Part shown: positions 58,879-64,000 of the stretch, in pieces | How positions within the stretch are numbered: the stretch's first letter is position 1 | How the letters are laid out: every line of letters starts with the position of its first letter | Made by a program: the position numbers and the translations under genes | Origin: a bacterium | GTDB taxonomy: Bacteria; Fidelibacterota; Marinisomatia; Marinisomatales; UBA1611 | Length of the DNA: 64,000 bases | Reading direction: 5' to 3' | Assembly (NCBI GenBank): GCA_038127595.1 | Contig: JAYPIC010000001.1 | Span: 19,399-83,398 of the forward strand | The notes under the pieces: generated by a model | Databases searched by the model: none | The model's input: only the letters and a program-made list of their open reading frames with translations | What the model was told of the DNA's origin: nothing

Positions 58879-60681
58879 TTATTTAATAAAAAACGTCCTT
58901 CTCCTAGTATTTATTTTTTCTTCAAGTTCGATTATTTTTTCTTTTTCTAACGGCGTCTTTTCTTCTTTAGAGCTCAATTTATCTAATTCTAATCTTAAGA
59001 ATTGGACATCACGATCAAGTTTTTCGAGACGTCCTTTCATTTGTTTAGACAACATTTTTTTAAAATCATCAATTTTATCGCTATCTGGAGAATAATAAAT
59101 ATTCGTATTTCCTCGATCAGTGTCTTCCCAAAATGTTGGGCCACTAAATTTGATTCTATTATATAGTCCTTCCATTAAGTTCAGATAAGTTTGATTGTCA
59201 AAATAAGCAAGGTCATCAAGTACATCTGCAACAATGGTCTCTGCAAAATCAAGGTTTTTAATTTTTATATAATGAAGAGCTAGTCCAATTTGTAATACTC
59301 GCACGCCATTATTTACGCTTTGATCTAGATCATCTTTTGGATAATCTGGAGGATTATCAAGTTGTAAAATTTCTTTTAATAAATGTTCCTGCAGCTCGAG
59401 GTCCCAATTTTTTTCAGAAATGATGATAGATATCTTTTTTAGTTCAGTAGTTAATACATCTACAATAAAATATAGCGAAGGGTTGTTAGCTGCTTGTTTA
59501 TAAATTTCATTACTATAGAATTTGAAATAGAAGTATCCCATTTTTAGCAAATCAATTTTATTTTTATCAACATAACCTTGCAAAAGAGTTGAATAGTGGA
59601 ATGCTAAATTGTATAAATTCCTTGGTTCATTATTTCTGACTGCATGCTTTATTGCAAATCTCATAAATGTATTAAATCTTATATTAATATCCGTAATTAA
59701 ACTATCTTGTTCGAGTTCTAAGGCTAAAAGCCCTACTGAGCTAATTTCATTAGCGATAAGAGAAGCTAGTTCATATTCTCCGTTCTCCATTTTTCGTATA
59801 TATGCATTACCCATCATTTTAAAAGATTTTACTTCGTAAAATGTTTTTCTATCTTCTATATCTTTATATTGGTGTTCAACATATGTTCTGAAAGTTGGAT
59901 TATTTCTAATGGTATCTGTAGCAGTAAAAAATTTTGGATCATAGGAATCCTTGTTCATCATATACACTCTTACTGTATCACCAACCCGTCGAATGATTTC
60001 TGTTTGAGCCTCTTTGAATGATATATATTCAAGTAGGTCATCGAATTGATCTATAGTAGACATTAATTGATGCTGATAATGTTCAATAACTCTACTATCA
60101 TTCATTGTAAGTTGTACGGGCTTTTGCTTTAACCTTTTTATGTCAGCAATATTCAGCGAATAGAGTTTTCTAATTACATTATCTGTTTTTGAATAGAGTA
60201 AGATGTAAAATATGTATGGCAATGATAAAACAGAAGATAGGGGAAGGTAAATGTAAGTATTTAACATGACACTAGATAGCCTATCCATTGGTTCAAAATA
60301 GTACATAATTATTGTTGAATGAATAGACGCAAGAATTAAAAACCATATGAAGATAAGACTTATCCAATCTCTAACGAACAGGTCCATCAATTTTGGAGTG
60401 GATTCTGCTGCTATTGCAATGACAATTATCAATGTACCTAAAACTGTAGCTAATACTCCTCCCCATATTTCGGGTGCAAAAGTGAGGTCTACGGCTCCAT
60501 GAGCTTCTTTGTTAATATCAAAGAATTGTTCAAGGAATAAAATGACTTGTGGATAAAGCTGATGAAATAAAGAATCGCTTATGAGAATGACTAAAAAAAC
60601 GATTAGTAAGGAGGCTAGCGATCTGTTTCTATTTATCAGATTCAATGTATTTGCAAAAAATATTGTAATATTACTGTTCAT
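58879..60681 (-). CDS. Uncharacterised membrane protein: N-terminal multi-TM module plus ~430-aa helical cytoplasmic region plus C-terminal coiled coil
   Basis: About 5 hydrophobic helices in the first ~170 aa; the remainder is helical and Tyr/Asn/Lys-rich. C-terminal heptad-like GRLEKLDRDVQFLRLELDKLSSKEEKTPLEKEKIIELEEKI. No family confidently recognised. Confidence 0.5.
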   Translation of the reverse strand: MNSNITIFFANTLNLINRNRSLASLLIVFLVILISDSLFHQLYPQVILFLEQFFDINKEAHGAVDLTFAPEIWGGVLATVLGTLIIVIAIAAESTPKLMDLFVRDWISLIFIWFLILASIHSTIIMYYFEPMDRLSSVMLNTYIYLPLSSVLSLPYIFYILLYSKTDNVIRKLYSLNIADIKRLKQKPVQLTMNDSRVIEHYQHQLMSTIDQFDDLLEYISFKEAQTEIIRRVGDTVRVYMMNKDSYDPKFFTATDTIRNNPTFRTYVEHQYKDIEDRKTFYEVKSFKMMGNAYIRKMENGEYELASLIANEISSVGLLALELEQDSLITDINIRFNTFMRFAIKHAVRNNEPRNLYNLAFHYSTLLQGYVDKNKIDLLKMGYFYFKFYSNEIYKQAANNPSLYFIVDVLTTELKKISIIISEKNWDLELQEHLLKEILQLDNPPDYPKDDLDQSVNNGVRVLQIGLALHYIKIKNLDFAETIVADVLDDLAYFDNQTYLNLMEGLYNRIKFSGPTFWEDTDRGNTNIYYSPDSDKIDDFKKMLSKQMKGRLEKLDRDVQFLRLELDKLSSKEEKTPLEKEKIIELEEKINTRRRTFFIK

Positions 60682-60934
60682 CCTTATGTAAAGTAGTAAA
60701 ACATTGTTAATGGAAGCTACGATTTTGATATATGTTTTTCAATATTGAAGAAGACTTTCTATCCAGATGTTACTTAATATAATACGTTATAGTGGAATCG
60801 GTTTTTATTGCTCTTCACATAAACCGATGATAACTTCCTAATAGCTCTATTGAGTTTAGAGGTTCGTAGACTCAATATAGAGTAGTAATAGTAGTTACGA
60901 ACTTTAAATGTAAATTAATTCTAACGAGGTAATT

Positions 60935-61366
60935 ATGTCAGATTGGACAAATAGTCACGACTTAGTATATGCATTTGTTTGTGTTTCTTTTTTAGCAGAT
61001 GGAGATGTTGATGAGTCTGAGAAAGAAGCAATGCGTGGTAACGTAAAAGTTATGCTCCCAGATATGGGAGATGATGAGTATCATCAAGTTGAAAAAGAAG
61101 TTATTGATAAATTTATTGCCCTCGGCGATGAAGCTTCTCGTTTTGACCAATATGGTTCTTCACTCAGTGCAATCAAAGAAATGTTTTCTTCTGATGATGA
61201 TCGTTATAAGGTAATTAAAAACCTTGCTTACATTGCTAGGGCTGATGAATTTATTCACGAAAATGAAATGAAAATGATTGAGCAAGCAGTTAGCGATTTA
61301 GATATGGAAGATAAAGTCAGTTTGGTTAAAACTGAATCTACCCTTTTTGTAGATTTTAAAGGGTAA
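60935..61366 (+). CDS. TerB-like (tellurite-resistance TerB / DjlA-N fold) small cytoplasmic protein
   Basis: Two half-repeats with the TerB-type pattern: FLADGDVDESEKEAM and IARADEFIHENEMKMIEQ. 143 aa; AGGT RBS. Confidence 0.5.
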   Translation: MSDWTNSHDLVYAFVCVSFLADGDVDESEKEAMRGNVKVMLPDMGDDEYHQVEKEVIDKFIALGDEASRFDQYGSSLSAIKEMFSSDDDRYKVIKNLAYIARADEFIHENEMKMIEQAVSDLDMEDKVSLVKTESTLFVDFKG

Positions 61367-61380
61367 TTAAAAAATATATT

Positions 61381-61413
61381 ACGATGCCTGGGTTAATCCC
61401 AGGTATCGTTTTT
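61381..61413 (+). terminator. Rho-independent terminator downstream of the TerB-like gene
   Basis: ACGATGCCTGGG (61381-61392) pairs with CCCAGGTATCGT (61398-61409). This gives a 12-bp stem with one G-U and a 5-nt loop TTAAT. It runs into the T tract TTTTT (61409-61413). Confidence 0.6.
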
Positions 61414-61437
61414 ATTAATTTAAATAGGAATACGAAT

Positions 61438-61593
61438 ATGTCTGAAAAAAGAACACACAGTGACGATAGACGAAATAACGACCGCAGAAATGCCGATCGA
61501 AGATTAAGCAATGTAACAGTTGAAAATGATAGAAGAACTGATGGAGATAGAAGACAAGATGAGCGCCGTTCTGTAAAGGACCGACGCTCATAA
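61438..61593 (+). CDS. 51-aa (D/E)RR-repeat microprotein
   Basis: MSEKRTHSDDRRNNDRRNADRRLSNVTVENDRRTDGDRRQDERRSVKDRRS. Seven D/E-R-R triplets are encoded by different synonymous codons (gat aga cga / gac cgc aga / gat cga aga / gat aga aga / gag cgc cgt / gac cga cgc), arguing for selection at protein level. AGGAA lies upstream of ATG 61438. The track start at 61384 lies inside the terminator stem. Confidence 0.4.
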   Translation: MSEKRTHSDDRRNNDRRNADRRLSNVTVENDRRTDGDRRQDERRSVKDRRS

Positions 61594-61606
61594 TATTAAT
61601 CTCTAC

Positions 61607-62281
61607 TTAACAGTAGACTCTTTCCATTCCTGATAGGAAATTATTTAAAGAAGATAATGCAAGTTCAATAGCTTCTAACGCTTCTTCTTTCTTTTCATCA
61701 GTATCACAAACATCGCCAATCAAATCTTTAATAACTTGCCTGTGAATGATATCTGCAGATTGATGCACCTCAAAGAACTTTAATGTGTCCTCACCATTTT
61801 TAGCACCGTAATATTTCTTTAAACCGTCAATTTTATTTTCAGCAATTTCAGGGATCATAGATTCATAACAATAAAGAGCACTGAATCCAACATGGTAACG
61901 CTCGTCTTTTGATAGTTTCATAAAATTGTCTACCAGCTCTTTTGTTTCTTTTATTGCCACAGTATTTTTTACATCTTTTCTTTTTTTACCCATGCCTTCT
62001 GCAAAACGCATCCATAATTCTGGATGATTTTCATCACCACGCTCTTCATCGATTAAGTTTTCTAGAATTTCTTGTCTTACTGATATATCATCACAGTTTG
62101 AGTGGATTGATGATAAATATCTAGGGAAAGCAGAAACATGTTTAAAATATTGGGCAGCATATTCTTGAATGGTAGATCGATCTAATTCACCTGCATTCCA
62201 AGCTTTATAAAAAGAGTGATTTAGTAAATGATGCTCTTCAATTTTGTTTTCAACTATGTTTAAAAATTCAGTTTTGTTCAT
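61607..62281 (-). CDS. CADD-type heme-oxygenase-like di-metal oxidase (PqqC/TenA-fold; candidate p-aminobenzoate synthase type)
   Basis: HHLLNHSFYKAWNAGELDRSTIQEYAAQYFKHVSAFPRYLSSIHSNCDD ... NLIDEERGDENHPELW ... YCYESMIPEIA ... EVHQSADIIH. This is collinear, as far as I recall it, with the Chlamydia CADD (CT610) family. It includes the E...H, E and H-x3-D-x2-H metal-ligand spacing. Start re-set to ATG 62281. Confidence 0.75.
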   Translation of the reverse strand: MNKTEFLNIVENKIEEHHLLNHSFYKAWNAGELDRSTIQEYAAQYFKHVSAFPRYLSSIHSNCDDISVRQEILENLIDEERGDENHPELWMRFAEGMGKKRKDVKNTVAIKETKELVDNFMKLSKDERYHVGFSALYCYESMIPEIAENKIDGLKKYYGAKNGEDTLKFFEVHQSADIIHRQVIKDLIGDVCDTDEKKEEALEAIELALSSLNNFLSGMERVYC

Positions 62282-62310
62282 ACAGTACTCCAAACGTTAA
62301 ATGATTTAAA

Positions 62311-63591
62311 TTATCCTAGCCATATACCGGCACAGAAAAATAACCCCGTTAGGAAGTGTAATCCAATAGTTCCTGCATTAGCAGGCTGTAATAATCTATT
62401 GTCATAATGCTTGTATAATGTTTTTATCGTAAAAATACTGTAAACTGATGTTATTAACGACACAAGGGATAATGTTGGGAAAGTAAGTGGGTTAGTCCAG
62501 GATAATGCAATGATGCTAACAAACGCCCCTACGATTAATGCAACGTATCCTATCCTTGCTTTCTCTGGCCCAAAAACAACGACTAAATTATTTTTACCGG
62601 TTGCTTTATCACCATCATGGTCAGGAAATTGATTAACGAAAACTATAGCAGCTACTAGAAAGCCTATTGGTATCCCTGCAAATACTGCATCCATGATATG
62701 GGTCATGTCACCACTTGTTTGCACAAGAAAACTACCAGCGACCATTAGTGGTCCAAAATTTAAACCAATTAAAAGCTCTCCCATCCCTTTTCTAGATGCA
62801 AATCTAAATGGTGGGGCTGTATAAAAAAGACCGGAAAGAAATCCAACGATCCCAAGATACAAAATGTTTATGCCTGCTTTATAAATAAGAGGTATACCAA
62901 CAATAGCACTTAAAGCAAAAGTTATTATAGCAACATTTAACATACCTTTAGCTGAGATAAGTCCCATTTGAATACTCCTACTTCCTCCTGAAAAAGGCAC
63001 CATGTAGTTGTAATTTGCTTCATCTGTCCCACTAGTGTGGTCGTAATAGTCATTCGATGTGTTTGTACCTATGTGCAATAAAAATCCGCCTAACATTGTT
63101 AAAGTAAAATAAAACCAATCAATACTTACAAATCTACTTGCTACAGCTGCTCCTAAAAGGATTGGGACAATTGTTGCAGTTAAAAACGGTAGTCTCATTA
63201 TCACCATCCAACTAAATAGCTTTGTTCCAAAACTGATTTTTGGACGGACTTCATCTGCAGACTTATCAGATAGTGGAGAGGTTACACCACAATAGCCGAT
63301 GTGGTTACCTTCCTTATCTTTGGTGGGTGTAATTTTAATTTTGCAAGGCAATTCGGTTCCATCTTTGTGTAAAAAAACAGTGTTTCCTTCCCAAGCTCCT
63401 TTTTCAACGGACTCTGCAAGCCAATTAACTACATGGCCTAATACAATTTGACCAGCACTGAAATCGCTCACCCTACCTTTGCCAATAATTTCTTCTTCTG
63501 TGTATCCGAATAATTGCTGCGCACCTTCACTAAACGTTTCAATTTTACCATCAAGGTCGCAGGTTATTACGCTTTTTAAATTTTTACTCAT
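62311..63591 (-). CDS. PAS domain fused to a MenA-like UbiA-family polyprenyltransferase
   Basis: N-terminal ~115 aa carry the PAS pattern (ITCDLDGKIETFSEGAQQLFGYTEEEIIGKGRVSDF ... FLHKDGTELPCKIKITPTKDKEGNHIGYCGV). This is followed by about 8 TM helices with both UbiA Asp-rich motifs in the MenA form (NDYYDHTSGTD; DHDGDKATGKNNL). Start re-set to ATG 63591. Confidence 0.8.
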   Translation of the reverse strand: MSKNLKSVITCDLDGKIETFSEGAQQLFGYTEEEIIGKGRVSDFSAGQIVLGHVVNWLAESVEKGAWEGNTVFLHKDGTELPCKIKITPTKDKEGNHIGYCGVTSPLSDKSADEVRPKISFGTKLFSWMVIMRLPFLTATIVPILLGAAVASRFVSIDWFYFTLTMLGGFLLHIGTNTSNDYYDHTSGTDEANYNYMVPFSGGSRSIQMGLISAKGMLNVAIITFALSAIVGIPLIYKAGINILYLGIVGFLSGLFYTAPPFRFASRKGMGELLIGLNFGPLMVAGSFLVQTSGDMTHIMDAVFAGIPIGFLVAAIVFVNQFPDHDGDKATGKNNLVVVFGPEKARIGYVALIVGAFVSIIALSWTNPLTFPTLSLVSLITSVYSIFTIKTLYKHYDNRLLQPANAGTIGLHFLTGLFFCAGIWLG

Positions 63592-63681
63592 AATATTTAT
63601 TTCCCTTATCTTTAAAAATATTAAGCTTTTAAATTTAGCTCTCAATATTTTCTTAGAACGAAACATATTTTAATTTTTTTT

Positions 63682-64000
63682 ATGAGTACAATAGCAAAAA
63701 GGATAGCTTTTCATACGCTAGGTTGTAAGTTGAATTTTTCGGAGACATCAACACTGTCGAGAGACTCACTTAAGTATGGTTATGAAAATGTTGACTCTAA
63801 AGAGTTTGCGGACATATATGTATTTAATACATGCTCAGTTACAGAAAATGCTAATAAAGAAACTCGTAAACTTATCAGAAGAAGTAAGCGTATTAATCCA
63901 AACGCATTCATTACTCTTGTAGGGTGTTATGCTCAATTAAAACCAGAAGAATTAACAAATATTGAGGATGTAAATCTTGTTTTAGGCACAGAAGATAAAT
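63682..64000 (+). CDS. MiaB/RimO/MtaB-family radical-SAM methylthiotransferase (MtaB-like), 5' part only (runs off the window)
   Basis: My own translation from ATG 63682 gives MSTIAKRIAFHTLGCKLNFSETSTLSRDSLKYGYENVDSKEFADIYVFNTCSVTENANKETRKLIRRSKRINPNAFITLVGCYAQL. This is the UPF0004 N-terminal domain with its conserved Cys residues. The frame stays open to the window end. Confidence 0.8.
   Translation, partial: MSTIAKRIAFHTLGCKLNFSETSTLSRDSLKYGYENVDSKEFADIYVFNTCSVTENANKETRKLIRRSKRINPNAFITLVGCYAQLKPEELTNIEDVNLVLGTEDK

Noticed and set aside
61384-61437. ORF-track start (ATG 61384, MPGLIPGIVFINLNRNTN...) for the small Arg-rich protein.
   Set aside because: These codons form the stem-loop and T tract of the terminator following the upstream gene. 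The internal ATG at 61438 has an RBS-like AGGAA and begins the repeat-bearing part.
63250-63591. PAS domain of the prenyltransferase fusion considered as a flavin-binding LOV photoreceptor.
   Set aside because: The LOV signature (GRNCRFLQ with the adduct-forming Cys) is absent; the corresponding region reads GKGRVSDFSAG.
1-64000. Search for CRISPR arrays, transposases/IS ends, integrases, prophage genes, restriction-modification or other known defence systems, and rRNA.
   Set aside because: No spaced direct-repeat arrays were seen by eye. No ORF has DDE/tyrosine/serine-recombinase, nuclease-helicase defence, reverse-transcriptase or capsid/terminase features. The only long repeats are in-frame coding repeats of surface proteins.

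Overview
AT-rich, very gene-dense chromosomal segment from a diderm (Gram-negative) bacterium. Support for diderm: lipid A genes lpxB/lpxK, a TonB-ExbB-ExbD-ExbD module and beta-barrel-like outer-membrane proteins. The single-subunit b558-type sdhC, the duplicated exbD and the low GC fit a streamlined marine lineage of FCB-like or candidate-phylum affinity, but I cannot assign taxonomy from sequence alone. I call about 58 CDS, one tRNA-Gln(UUG) and a few regulatory or terminator elements. Most of the window is housekeeping: sdhCAB, tonB/exbBD, ctp, the lipid A operon, ychF, fabA, uvrA, ruvB, queA, ispD-ispF-ispE, prs-ctc-pth, hppA, rpsF-rpsR-rplI, priA, mutY, plsC and pepC. Many neighbouring genes overlap by 1-34 nt, and several ORF-track starts are clearly too far upstream; I re-set those. 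I found no rRNA, CRISPR array, transposase, integrase, phage gene or recognisable defence system. The less ordinary parts are as follows. (1) 61.6-63.6 kb holds a two-gene operon: a PAS-domain::MenA/UbiA-type prenyltransferase fusion followed by a CADD-type heme-oxygenase-like di-metal oxidase. (2) A 2TM K+ channel with an RCK domain is translationally coupled to a stand-alone cyclic-nucleotide-binding protein. (3) The lpxB-lpxK operon also carries a Gfo/Idh/MocA dehydrogenase, an ICMT-family membrane methyltransferase and a DUF374 protein. (4) There are two islands of exported repeat proteins. One (0.2-5.3 kb) carries MORN_2, an unrecognised Gly/Tyr 18/23-aa repeat, and YD-like repeats. The other (16.7-23.0 kb) carries two tandem paralogous giant FG-GAP-like / He_PIG proteins. 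(5) A 51-aa (D/E)RR-repeat microprotein lies behind a strong terminator hairpin. None of these is demonstrably a new system from sequence alone, and all functional links are flagged as inference.
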